DNA of 64,000 bases from Trichosphaerium sp. ATCC 40318 (lineage: Eukaryota > Protista > Tubulinea). The first letter of the stretch is position 1; each line of letters opens with the position of its first letter. Positions 1 to 13,293 of this stretch are shown in pieces. Position numbers and translations under genes: made by a program. The notes beneath the pieces are model-generated. The model was not told the origin of the DNA. It ran no database searches and saw only the letters and a program-made list of their open reading frames with translations. The stretch is from NCBI GenBank assembly GCA_038496445.1, contig JALMLS010000562.1:1-64000 (forward strand), in the 5' to 3' direction.

Positions 1-78
1 ACAAACGAAGAAAAGTTTTTCCGCTGAAGGCATTTTCTCTTTTTTTAGTCCGAAGGTAATGCATTGTGTTCTTGTGAT

Positions 79-3000
79 TCAGCGGTTAGTCTTTGTCTTC
101 CACTTCTATTATTACGTTTTATAATAGTGGCCTATTGAGTATATTAGTATGGGAAATACAACAGAGTGTTATAAATAGTACAGCTTGTGCTAGATCCCAA
201 CGTGTGATCATGCCTCTCACTCCGTTATATACATCAGTTACTACCAAATGACGCAGTCCCATTGTCCTGAAAACTCTAAATACCCTTGATAGAGAACAAC
301 TCTCTTTAACTTGAAATGGGTTCCTGTGCATATCTAAAAAGTTAAAGTAAGCTAATAGGATTCACTACCAACAGCGATGATAATCGCAGAAGCAAAAAAA
401 CAAAGTTTTTTATCCTCGTAAGGATTTGACTTCGTACAAGGCTTTAGGGTTATCCATGACTCCAGAGAGCTATCTGGAACTTCTATTTCTTTAATGGTGA
501 GGAATCTAGGATAGTCTTCGCTAAAATCAGCCAAATCGATGCTAAACAAAATATCATTACAAATAAGTCACAATTGTGAAAAATTAAATGCTCATAGCTT
601 ACGGTTGATAGTAATTTCTGCGTATGCTCCCTGTGTCAGAAACAAATGCTCCTTTTTTAAGTAGAGTAATAAGCTGAGTCCTCAGAATAATACCCAAGAA
701 TGTATTACCAGCATCAACAACAGGAAATCCATTGTGATCTGTATTTTTTAATACCTTCACAAAAAAAGTCAAACACAGAAAAAGTGGTTGTTACTGTACG
801 CACTTGAATAACATTTTTCACCTTTACAGATTCTTTGAAACAAACAACAGGTGTTGCCATTATATCCTGAGCACGATACTTACGTGTGAAGTACTCAGGT
901 TCCCATTCTAGCAACGGTATATGCTTCAACTCAATATGAATATCATAGAGACCTAGAGAAGGTTTTAGTAATGGGTTTGAAGAGAAAACATTATTTTTGT
1001 AAATGTAACAGTCAAAACCTCAGCAAAACAAAACCATTTTCGTACCTTCATTAAAATAATCACCAACCCATTTAGCAACCTAATAAAGTATTTAGTTTAA
1101 ACCTCCATCAGCAGCACAAAAACAAATTTGGGTTGTTATTGGTGAAAAATTTAGTGTTAAAGATACGCAATTTTAATCAAGTTGATTGAGTATTCATGGT
1201 TTAATAGGTATGTAAAAAAGTTTATAAGTGAATACGAATGTACCATGAGAGTAACCATTATTGGTAAACCGTATGTAATATCATTGGTTGATTCTAGTAA
1301 TATAACACAAAGCGATATAGTCATCCTTTAAAACAGAAGGAGTCAAACACGAGTTTACAACAATAGCCAATTGCACTTACCGCACAACACCTCCCAACAT
1401 TGCAGCTGCACCTATCAGAGCGAAAGTACCTGCCTCAATATCCCAAGTTTCAGGTAAATACTCCTTCAGTATGTTGCCTAAGGTACGACTAATTAGACTC
1501 GAAAAACTGTCATAATATTTCGGTAAATAATGGTAATAAGCCTTCCCATTGAAGCTCCTACTAGAATTGTAGGTACAAATAAACCAGAAGGAACAGAGAC
1601 ACCATAAGTCCACGTTGCAAGGAAAAAATAGAATGCAAAGAAAACTAGCAGAGTAGTTTTACTGTAGGCATCCTCATTGTGAAACAAGCTACGTATGGCA
1701 TCCTATGGGTATTAGTTAGTTTTTGTAGCTATTCTTGCACAACTGCACCTCTTGTGTTGTAAAGAAAATATTAGCCATATCGTTGTAAGTTCCTGGTGGA
1801 CAGTAGAATTCATGTGTATTTGTAGATACGCGACTAGAAAAATAAGTTAGTTACATGCTGGACATGGTCGGTGATTTGTAGTGGACTACAATTCAAGGAG
1901 TTAAACAAGCGTATTACCCGCAATCGTGAAAGTAGTAAGACAACATAAATGAGCACGTGCTTGTTACTGCAGCTACCAAAAGTGCCTTAAGATAATGATT
2001 AGCTAAAAATAAATTGAATGAACTTGAGCTCACCTCTGCGAATTTGAGATAACCTTTTTTAATGTATCGCATACGAAACTGTGTTAGACGTAGATTAATA
2101 ACATTAAACAAAGCTCCACCGAATCCACCGAGTACACCTATATCACAATTATTATTTGATACGTAAATAGTAGAATTGACTAAAATGGAAATCAATGTAC
2201 CGAGTAAGATAAAAAAAGGAAATTGTTGAACTTTATATCCATGATGTTTTTGTGTTGTAAAAGTGCCAAAATCGATCAATCCATTCTGTGATAATGCACC
2301 CCACTTACCAACAACACCTGTTTTTTTAGGTGTAAATATTGTACTCGCAATGACAGGTATTTACTAAATTTGGGTCGTACCGGATAGTAAAAGATTCAAG
2401 GTAAAAGTTGATACCATTGAGCAAAAAAATGTACGCCACGTAAGTGCTTGATTCCAAAAACTAGATCCTTCTTCTAGAGAAAATAACACACCACCAACGG
2501 GTGCCCCAAAAGCCGCTGCTACACCAGCCGCTGCGCCTGTTACAGAATTAGAAAAAATGTCTAAAACTGACTCAAAAACATTACCTCCAGACACAAAATC
2601 ACGTTTTTCTTGATCGATTCGGAAGGATTTGCCCAGCCTAGTATCTATAGGAAATGATGAAGCTTTTCCTTGGCTAACACCACCAGCAATAATTGCTCCT
2701 GAATGGATCATTGGCCCCTTTAAATTTTTCGTTAACAAAATACGAGACGTATTCGTATTCGTTGTGTTAGAAAAAGAGTGTACCTCTTTTCCAACAGCTA
2801 ACCCACCAGCAACTGAAAAAAGAACGCCAACTGCTTTTGCCACAAGAGTTTTAAAGCGAATGACGTTTGGTATTTTAATACCATTCAAATAGCACTAGAA
2901 ATAGCATGTGAGAATACAATACTTAGGCAGAGCGTTTCTCGCTTTTTGGGGTTTGTCCTATTTTCTTTAATTTCTGGGATACCTGAGCCACCTGCAATAG

Positions 3001-3628
3001 GCTCTATGAATGATACAAGAAACGCAGCGACAGATACAAGCGCCATATTAATACCTATTGACAACATTTAGCGAAAACGTCAAAACACGTGATAGTAATA
3101 GATGTACGAACCTACATAAGCAAAAAATGGTAGATACAGACAGTCATCACAATCTACAGCTACTAAAATGAAGTTAATTAGGTTTTGCACGTAGTTATAA
3201 CCCGTACTCTTATTAATAAGGCTAAATTTTACTTTGGCTATCTTTTGTATTATAAAATCGATAAGGAAAGCAACAATTGCTGTTAAAAGACCAACAATGA
3301 ATGCTATTACCCATCGCGCTACAGAAATGTTTCTAAAAGCCTAAGACATGTCAATGACAAATTCAACTTCGCTATTTGTACACTGCGCGTCTTAGTACCA
3401 CGCTTCTTGTCGCTCAGATCATTTTCTATTGGATCGTAGTCCAAAGACTGTAAAAACGTTAATCATTACGTATCTACGCATCACAACCTCGTATTCCTTG
3501 TTGGCGTGCGCATTAATGTGATGGGCGCTTGACTTGTGGAAAGAATGTTGCTGTAGCCTACTTGTAGGTCCAGGGCCCATGGCAAATGGCCCTTGGCCAC
3601 TAATGTCATTAGGTACAATGGTGGCCAT
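79..3628 (-). CDS. CLC-6/7-type chloride/proton antiporter with C-terminal CBS pair (multi-exon)
   Basis: Spliced motifs [48 protein letters not shown] and MGLRHLVV. Gating and proton glutamates are present. ATG at 3628, stop at 79-81. Confidence 0.95.
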
Positions 3629-3887
3629 TGAATACACTGAATAAGAAACTTGAATTTCAACTGCAAGTCAAACTCCAACAAAACCTTGCGTGCAATTTTT
3701 AAAATTACAGTCGGTTTTGCGTAAATAGAGACGTCATGTTATTCATTTACCGCCTCAATAAAACAACTTTTTTTTATACAAATGTCAATAAGAAATTATC
3801 AACTTGTGCATTCAATGGTTGTTTTTCAATACAACATAAATATTAGTACTAGCTCTTACAGCAATGGTTTGTTAATTGGGTTTTTTT

Positions 3888-4700
3888 TTAGGCGGCTGGA
3901 GTTTCATCACCCTTTTTCTCTTTTAGGTTTAATTTGATCTTATCAGCGAGTTCTTCGAGTGCTTCTCTGATACCTTTTGGGAATTAGGAGGCGAGTCGCA
4001 ATAAAAGAAATTCCACTACGCACCATCGCCAGTTTTAGCTGAGATAGCAGCGCAAATAGCAGTACGCGAGCTAGAGTAACTTTGTACGTCTAGAGCTTCG
4101 CCAATTTCTGAATCTGTTTTTGCGCCATCAATGTCCTGTTTGTTTGCAATGACAAACACAAGAACACCTATCAACGTTAGAAAATACGATTAAAACTCGC
4201 AATAATTTTTTTGCAAAGCGAAAATACGCAATTTACCAACCAAAAAGTCATTTTTTACTCACCTGCAAGGTTAGGGTCTCTCATCGCCTTTGAGAGTTCC
4301 TTTTTCGACTCTTCAAGCCTCTCTTCATCGGCAGCATCTACAACCCAAATGACTGCATCAGGTACGTTGTCCTACGCTACAATTAAGGCGCGCAAAGGAA
4401 GATCTTCACTGGTGCTTTTGTTTCACGCGTACTTGCGAATAATAGTATTTCCAAAGACTTCTGGTACTCTCCTTTCCAGATATGTCCCAAACGTTGAATT
4501 TTACGCCTTTTACTTTCAAGTTGTATATTTTATAGGCCTCTGTTGGTTCCACAGAGATATCCTGCTTCGGGTTCATGTACTTGTGTAAAAATGTGGTCTG
4601 TAAAGCTTGATCAGAAACGATCACTTATTAGGTGCTACATTACCTTTCCAGCACCATCAATGCCAAGAACAAGTATTCTGCTATGTACAGCGCCACCCAT
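3888..4700 (-). CDS. Arf-like small GTPase (divergent)
   Basis: MGG N-terminus, LGIDGAGK-TT, WDISG, VIWVVDAAD, ANKQD, ISAKTG; canonical introns. Confidence 0.9.
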
Positions 4701-4822
4701 GTTGTTAGTTTGGTAGGTTTTTGTGCAGTAAAAAAACAACGGTCACATAATTTCAAAAACAAAAAAAAACAAGTATATTTTCATCTTCTGACACCCTCTG
4801 TTTTGGTAAAAACACTCACATT

Positions 4823-7142
4823 CTAGTTTACTACATTACAACGTTCTTCGTATGCTTTCCAAGCTGCGTCTTTGTACTTTTCAGCTGCTTTGTCCGGTGC
4901 GTCAGATTGCGTCACTCCTCGCCCAACGATGATGATATCAGCGCCCTGGTTTCTGCACGAAGTTAGATTACACTTTTACGTCGTTTTGGAGTTCTTACAC
5001 TACTATCGATGGAGTCCTGTAGTTTTGACCCATTTTGTCACCCTTCTTCGCTAGGTGCACGCCAGGAGTCATGTTGAGGAAACCCAAGTCGTCCTAGGAA
5101 AGAGTTAATAACGCGACCGGTACACTTTTTATTCGTGAAACGCGATAAAATTATAACGTAAAATTAGTGTATGTCTTACTTGAGTGGAACCAACGCCACT
5201 TTGACAGATAAATCCAATCACAAAATCTTTGTTTTCGCGAGCAGTTGTAAGCGAAACCTCCGCCGTTTTTGTATTAGTATTAGCGTCTTGCGTAGACATA
5301 TGCGCTATGAGCAAACATGCACGATCTGGGAGACCTAAAACAGTGTTAAATTTTGTTTCTTCCCGAAACAGACAAACATAGTAGTATTTGTACCTGGTGT
5401 ATCCTTAAGCGCTGTAATACTCTGGGCACCACTTACTACATGAGCATTGGTTATATCTGCCCAAGAAGAAATTTTGTAAACTCCGCTAGAGTACTATGTG
5501 TCCTTGGTTATTTATCGTACTGGAAAACGGGATATTCCGTACTTGATGTTTTACGGTATTCCCAATATCGGCGAATTTGCGGTCTTCGAATATTAAAAAA
5601 TCGTGCTTAATAGCTAAAGCGCGAAGACTGAGTACAAATTCACGATCGAAATCCTCTATGATATCTACGTGAGTCTTGAGGATAACAATATGCTGTCCAA
5701 TGGATTCCGCAAGAGCCAAAATTTTGGTCTTGTCTGTCAAATCCGCAGCAACGCATAGAGTTGTTTTCTTCGTCTGTGAATGACTTGTAAGCATTACGGA
5801 TTACGTTGGGCTCTGTAAAACGCACCTCCATGAGTTGGAAGAGTCTCTTGGCGACAGCATTTTGTGCTAATGCCACGCGGTCCGAAAAACGAACGTTTCT
5901 TAATACAGACTTGTTTGCGTAAGGCGCAGGAACTTTGTTAGCGCTAAGCCATTCAGTAATTTCTTTAGCTACGACAGTGTCACTATTTTTCAGTAGGAAG
6001 GTAAGTGGTGATTGTACCTTTTTCAGGAGCTAGTTTCTTGTGTTTGATGAGAATAGCTACTACCTCAGAGATTGTACATAATGAGTACAAGTTGATATTT
6101 TTTGCTTTCAAGTGTTGTCTTCCTCCTTGTTCGCGATCAATTACAACCATTGCTTCAGACGCAAGAAGACCCTTTATAAATAAGCTTATTTAAAATGGCT
6201 CGTATTTTGCGCAACCAAATACCTCTGAGTTGAGTAAAGCGGTAGTTTCGAGTACGCTAGCACCACTGGTAACGATATCTTCAACAATAATGCACGTGTC
6301 ACCATTTTTAAAAGTTCCTTCTATTTGCTTTTTCGTTCCGTATGCTTTTTTCTCCTTACGTGTTATAAGCATAGGTAACTTGCATTCTTGGGATATGAGT
6401 GTTGCCAAAGGCAACGCAGTGTATGGAACACCAACGAGTTTAGTGTTTTTCTCTATGCGAACGCGTAAGTTGAAGTGGAAATGTCAAAAATCAATTGGCA
6501 ATAAAATGGAAATAAAAAGAGGTGATTGCGTCGTGTGTTGTCCGTATGATTACAACCAGTACATATCACAACTGCGAACAGTACTGGTGTATGAAATACG
6601 AAGTAGTTTTCTTCTATGCATGCAAATTATTCTCTAGCGATCACAACAATTGCTGACACAAGCCAATATCAGCACTGCGGTGTGTCTGACAATTGGGCAA
6701 ATGTACGCACAGACTTATTTACACTGCAGTGTAGAGCGTTTTGTTGAACAACACAGTGACTCTGGCACCGGTATTTTGAGTTTAGAAATGTTTTTTTAAA
6801 GCGTGTAAACACACTCGTAGATTAATTGTGGGCAAGTGCCAATCTCTTAGTGATTTCTTACCGTCATAGCCCGCCGATTTCTCAACAAAATTATTCCACA
6901 TCAGAGTACATATTTTATGCATCAATGCTGGGTGGCATGGCAATAGGCGTCTTAGTTTGAATAGTCAGCATTTCTCGAAAGAGTTAAAGTTTTTTAAAAC
7001 GTACAAATCTACGCGCTGGTTAGTGGGAAACATGTGCGAAACGCGTACCAATGTAAAATGGGGAAACAACACCACTTTTTAGCACAAACGAGCCAAACTT
7101 TACTGCGCCTACGTTAAACAGTTCAATTAGTGCCTCTTCCAT
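4823..7142 (-). CDS. UMPS: Bifunctional UMP synthase (orotate phosphoribosyltransferase plus OMP decarboxylase)
   Basis: [14 protein letters not shown] (across a microexon), [53 protein letters not shown]. Confidence 0.97.
6533..6841 (-). ncRNA. Intronic box H/ACA snoRNA, probable U17/snR30 homolog (5' end approximate)
   Basis: Long hairpin 6713-6613, H box AGAAAA 6612-6607, then a 3' hairpin with m1-like UAUUUCAU (6598-6591) and m2-like UAAUCAU (6552-6546) exactly 7 nt before ACA (6538-6536). G-U pairs form on the minus (transcribed) strand. It lies in a 409-nt intron. Confidence 0.65.
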
Positions 7143-7238
7143 TGTATATGATGGTTTTGAGATTACACTTAAGAAAAAGTGTTAAGTTTTCTCTACAGCG
7201 ATTGTTTGTTTCTCTGTCCCTCTGGTTTATTCGTTTCG

Positions 7239-10200
7239 ATGTTGCGATTCGTTAGAGCGAATAAAATCGCTTGCAAGCGAACACGGGCTCCAAATCGAAC
7301 TCATTGGCGTGTTTCTGCTCGTAGACGTTACTGTACTCTACAAGAGGCAAATAACGATGAACCAGTAGCCGAAATTGAGCAGACAAACGAAATAGTTGAA
7401 GAGGTCCAAGACACGTTTGAAAAGGTCTTGGCGCCCGACTTGGAAGGTGTAGAGATACTACCACCTATTGCAGACGACCCAGCTAATGAAATTATTGCCG
7501 ACGCGCCTGTACAGACACATACACCTGTCATTCCAGAACCGTCGCGTAAACCACTAGACATCAAGGCCGCACAAGGTACTTTGAACTCAGAATAAGATAA
7601 CTTCATTTTAACGCTTTTCGCTGTCAGATCAAGTACTTCTAATAGATGGTCTTGGCTTCCTGTGGCGAGCATTTTACGCCAAAACAGGTAAAATTGAGAC
7701 ACCTCAGGGAGAGGACGCAAGAGCTTTTCATGGTTTTATGCAATCATTGTTTAAGCTGCTTAAAGTGTGTCCGTCTGGTTATGTTGGTAAGTTAGTCGCT
7801 GATACTGTGAGACTGGGGTAGTGCTGATACAGATTTTTAGTTGTTTGCTTGGATGCTGGAAGAAAGAGTTTCAGGAATAGGTTGTATCCACCTTACAAGA
7901 AAAATAGGCCACCAAAGCAGCACCTCATACAGAAACAACTTGTTTTTGTCAAGGAAGCACTTCGTGAATTGAATATTGCAGTTGCGTAGTGTTCTTTTTG
8001 TGGACAAAAACTCTTTCTATGAAAATTTGACACATCATTTCATTTTTTCGTTTGACACATTGCATAGTATGTCGAAAAATCAAATTATGAAGCAGATGAT
8101 ATTATTGCTACTATTGCAAAGGAGGCTGTATTTGCCGGAAAGAAGGTAAATTTATATTTGATTTTAATGCATAGTGATCTAAACCTATACAGGTTATTAT
8201 TGCTGGTAAAGACAAGGATCTCATGCAACTTATTGATGAAAAAGTGCAACTATATGACTCTGGAAAATTTTATGGTAACAAATTTTGGTGTTAGATTCAA
8301 GGAAGCTGACTTTATTTAAAGGTCCTGAGGAAGTACGCAATAAATTCGGTGTTGAACCTCAACAGTTACCGGATTTCCATGCACTTGTAGGAGATAGTGC
8401 TGATAACAGTATGTTGTCGTCAATTCAATTAATCTTAATGCGTTTGTTAGTACCTGGAGTACCTTCTATTGGTAAAAAGGGCGCAGCTCAATTAATTTGT
8501 GAGTTTGGAGATCTTGACACCTTGCTGGGTAATCTGGCAGAAGTAAAGGATCCTAAAAAGCGAGAGAGGTAATTAGTTTTTTTAGGATAGTAGAAGAATA
8601 AATTTAATTTATACTCTAGGCTTAAAGAAAATGCTCGTATGTTAGAGCTTTATTATGAACTCGCTCGATTACGTCGTGATATTACCTTACCTGCACTTGA
8701 GAATCTTGTTGCAAATTTTAACGGAGAAGCTGGAAAAAACCATTTCGAGTTTTTCAACTTTAAACATTTTTTCAAGCCTTTGGATATGTTGAATGAAATA
8801 TACAAACAAATACGACCTGTTGAAGATCGCAAAGAAGTCATGCTTCAAGAAGAACTTGATGCTATATATGAAGCCGACGATCTCACAGACGAATCGCCGA
8901 GAGAGTTTGTTGCCATGGAAGTACGTTAATTTTTTTAGTCGCTTCAGCGCCTTGCCCTTATCTCGCTTAGAAAGCAGCTGCGACTGAAGGTCCTTCGTTA
9001 TATCCTACTCTTGATCAAGTGGATCTTTTCCAAGGTGAAAAGACGGAAGGTAAAGCAACACCGGTGTCGGATATGCCAGTACCAGAGAAAAACAAACAGG
9101 TAGCTATCACCTGTGTATATCCTTCAATTAAATATTACTAGCTACCTGATATGCCTCCTGTAAGATCAAATGGTTTCCCACAGGATCATTGGGATATCAT
9201 GCATGACAAACAGTATCAAAAGAGTCTCTTTAAGCGTATTGCTAGAGGTACTGTTTCAAGGTGTTTTTGTTATCATTCTAAAACTATTAACTAGATTGGA
9301 AGCCTGCATACAAAAAAGTGAAGGGAGTAACAATAGTCAATGATAAGAAATCCGCAGAAAGGGTGATAAAGATGCTATATGAGTACAAAGACAGGTAAAT
9401 ACTACGACTATTTACGACTCTGACAATACATAGATATCATGCTTGTGATACTGAGGCAATTGGTTTGGATTTGAAAAAAATGAACGCTGTTGGATCTGGT
9501 GTTGTTTTTGCTGCTTCAATATACCTCGGTAAGTTTACTTTAGTTTCATACATCTGATGATCCTGTTAACTAAGTTGTTAGGACCTGATTTGGACTTTGG
9601 AAATGGACCAAGAATTTTTATTGACAATCTAGACCGCGCTAATGGTACCCTTGAGCTTTTCAAGGATTACTTTGAAGATGAAGAAATCCTTAAAGTGTGG
9701 CACAACTATTCCTTTGATAGGGCAGTTTTGTATAATCATGGTATACTCTGTGAGGTAATGAGGTTCTTTATTGTCTTTTAAAATCTTACGTTTTGTTACA
9801 GGGTTTGGGCGCTGATACTATACATATGGCAAGGTTGTATGATACTTCAAGAGATTCATTTAGTTTGGAGTCTCTTTCAAAGGTTTGTAAAAAATCTTTA
9901 GTGTCAGAAATTCATTACGTTGTTAATAGGATTTACTTGGCTCAAAAGAGCATAAAAGAAGCATGAAAGACCGATTCTCCGAACCTAAGAAGGAAGGATC
10001 AAAGATGATGGTTCTTCCTGAGTTGGATGATTTACAGCGCAACCCAGAAAAAGTAGAAGAATGGATAGGTACGCATTATTTTCTGACAATACGGTCGAAT
10101 TAATATTCTTGTAGACTATTGTACTTTGGATACAGTTGCTACTTGGGAACTTCGAGAGAAACTTGAGGTACTATACGTACCTGCTTAACTCTTGTTCTTA

Positions 10201-12939
10201 CTCAGTTAAAGGGTTTCCTCAGGAAGAGACCTTGGGAAGCAAAATACTTATGGGATGAAGTGCGATCTTAAATTATAAGATTTGATGTCAAAAGTGAATT
10301 TTGACGTTTTTAGAACCCTGTGAACACAAAAACTATGTTTGATTTGTACTTTGATTTATGGAGACCATTTGGTACTTGTTTAACGAATATCGAACGTCGT
10401 GGTGTCAAGGTATGCATGTTATTAACATTGTTTCAGCCAATATTAATTATACGCAATGTAGGTTAATGTAGATTACTTAAAACTCCTTGAACCACTGGCG
10501 GAACAAGATATCAAGAAATACCATGACTTCTTCCGTAGATGGGCTATTAAACACTGTGATGATGCAAAATACATGAATGCTTGTACGAGAACAGCTATTG
10601 GTTGTCCAAACAGTTTACTAAGACTAACCTGTAGCGTCTGATGCACAACTTCAACAACTGCTGTTTGCACCTTGTAACAATAAGAAGAACACTTCATTGA
10701 AACGTGAAGCTGAGAAGACTTTTACTATCATCTTCCAGGATGAAGAATGGGCAGAAATGGAGAAACAAGCTGAGCTTGAAGCTGCTATAGCAGCAAAAGA
10801 AGAAGAAGAGGCTAAAGCTAAAGAGACTGATTTTGAAGAAGTAGAAGAAGATCTTGGTGAAGCTCATGGAGGAGCTATTTCTTCTGATGCTGTTAATGAA
10901 GAAGTAGAACAAGATCTTGAGGATGAAGAGGGTACTGATGTGGATTGGATTCAAGAAGACAAGACACCAAAGAAGAAAAAGAAGAAGAAATCTAAAAAAG
11001 CAAAAGCAAAGGAAGAGGAGTTTGGAGAAGAAGACGTATGAAAAATACTTTGTGATTTAGTACCCTTTTTTGTTCTTTTCTTTTAATGATTTATTAGTTG
11101 TTTGAAGATGAAGAGGCTCCAGAAGAACCACCAAAGAAGAAGAGGAAGAAAGTCAATAAGAAAGAGATTGTCCTCAAAGGCATGGGTTTGCCATACTTTG
11201 TACGTCTTGTTTAAAGAAGTAGCAAGCGTTTAACGTTGTGTGTTAATTTTAGGATGTAACAGCATCAGGGTGGCCAGCTGTTAGTGCAGATGCTTTGCGT
11301 AAGTTGGCAGGTGAACCACCAAACAAGTATGGTGCATTGTTCAGATACCAGAAACTTCGAAGAGGTACACTTTGGTGGCTACGACACTAGTTGTTATACA
11401 CTAACAAATATACTATAGCTGGACAAAATAATGCCATGTATGCTTGTGAAGCTATTAGCGCATTGACTAAGGCATCACAAATTGAAGTTCTCTTGAACAC
11501 TTTTATAAAGCCATTGCAAGGTAAAGCTGTTTAACTTTTTTTTTGTTTGTTAACACGTGTTTTGTATAGTTATTCCAGACGAAAATGGGCGTATTCATGC
11601 ATCATTGAATATCAATACAGAAACTGGACGACTTTCTTGTAGAAAACCTAATCTACAAAATCAACCAGCTTATGACAAAGACACTTACAGGATTCGTTCA
11701 GCATTTACCTGTGAGCCAGGAAACAGTCTTATTGGTACCACCAACATCTTTTTGTTTAATAATTCTGTATTGACCATCGTGTAGTCGCTGATTATGGGCA
11801 ACTGGAATTAAGGCTTCTTGGACACATTACACGATGTGAGAGTATGTTACAGGCATTCAAAGAAGTACGTATAGAAAGCAGCATTGCTTTTGCATCTAGA
11901 TGCTAACAGGTTTTTGTCAAGGGCGGAGATTTTCACTCAAGGACAGCTGTTGGTATGTACCCAGAGATCAAAGAGGCTCTTGATAAAGGAGAGGTACATA
12001 TATCTATGGTGTACGAGATATTCTTCTTACTAATAATAAACTAGGTTCTTTTGGAATGGGATTACGCCAATGGCAATCCTCCAGCTCCACTTGTAAAAGA
12101 AAAATATGCTACTGAAAGGCGACGAGCTAAGATGCTTAACTTTTCTTTGGCGTATGGTAAAACTGTTGTTGGTCTCTCTAAGGATTGGGGAGTCAGTGAG
12201 ACAGAAGCGCAAAAAACGCTTGACGCTTGGTACGAACAACATACGTAGTTGAGCATAAGAAGCTAACACGAGAGTTAAAAATAGGTATCGAGATAGGCCA
12301 GAAGTTAAAAAATGGCAAATGTGGTCCAAGAGGAGAGCAGAGAAGTATGGTTGGACAAGAACGTTGATGGGTCGGTATCGTCCACTTCCTGCAATGTCAG
12401 AAAGAGGAGCCATGCGAGGTCATGCAGAAAGAGCAGCGATTAATACACCTCTTCAGGTAAATCATTTCTTAAGCCATTGTTTTGTTAGTGCACTTCTGAT
12501 GCATTTTAGGGTGGCGCTGCTGATATTATGGTTAAAGCTATGCTGTTGATAGAAGCACATCCGAGACTAAAAGAACTCAAATGGTTACAAGTGATGCAGA
12601 TTCATGATGAAGTAATTCTAGAGGTAAACAAAAAACCAGCCGTAAGAGTAATTATCTAACTTTATTCAAAAAAGGGACCTGAAGAACACCAAGATGAAGC
12701 ACTTGAGGTACTAACGTTTTAAGCTTATTTGGTGTCTTATTGTATACTATAGATTGTAATGGACCTTATGCGTAACCCAGTTCATCCTGGTGATGTCAAA
12801 AAGCCATTGCTTGTTGATCTCGTTGTAGATAGTAATGTTGGTAAAAACTGGTACGAAAAATGAAGTCTTTAAGTTGTTTTTTTTGCTAAGCTACAACTTG
12901 TGTTTTCTGACTTTTTTGTAAAGGTATGAAGCCAAGTAA
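7239..12939 (+). CDS. Organellar family A DNA polymerase (POP type) with 5'-3' exonuclease, 3'-5' exonuclease and polymerase domains
   Basis: Arg-rich transit-peptide-like N-terminus; YEADD, DKDLMQL, GDSADN-IPGV (5'-3' exo); CDTE, VWHNYSFD (3'-5' exo); TETGRLS, ADYGQLELR, ERRRAKMLNFSLAYGKT, ERAAINTPLQG, QIHDE; ends NWYEAK. Confidence 0.95.
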
Positions 12940-13293
12940 GTATCTCGATTCATTTTTTATTTTGGGAATGGAGGGCATGTATAATAAAAAACTGGTTGGA
13001 AGAACAATTCGAATGAAGTCTGAGAACATATTATGTAATATTTGTTGAACCAGTTGCATTTTGTTTGAGAAATATTGACGTCAGAAATGATGATCAACCT
13101 ACGGTTTGCCGTTAAGGTAGAAACATTATCAAACATCAGCAGGATGTTTTACATTAATAGTATTAACTCGTTTCTCTGAAGAGTTCCAGCAATTCTCCTG
13201 TTTCGTACCGTTTTGTGAACTTTAAGTCACCTCAAGATAATAAAGTCATCATTCTGACGATCCAACTTGTTCAAAGACTGGTTTAGTAGTGTC

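Noticed and set aside
13079-13259. 14-bp inverted repeat CGTCAGAA(A)TGATGA..TCATCATTCTGACG containing C-box and D-box-like words
   Set aside because: The CTGA would be buried in the stem rather than forming a kink-turn, and there is no convincing rRNA guide and no TSD. Neither a snoRNA nor a MITE can be supported.
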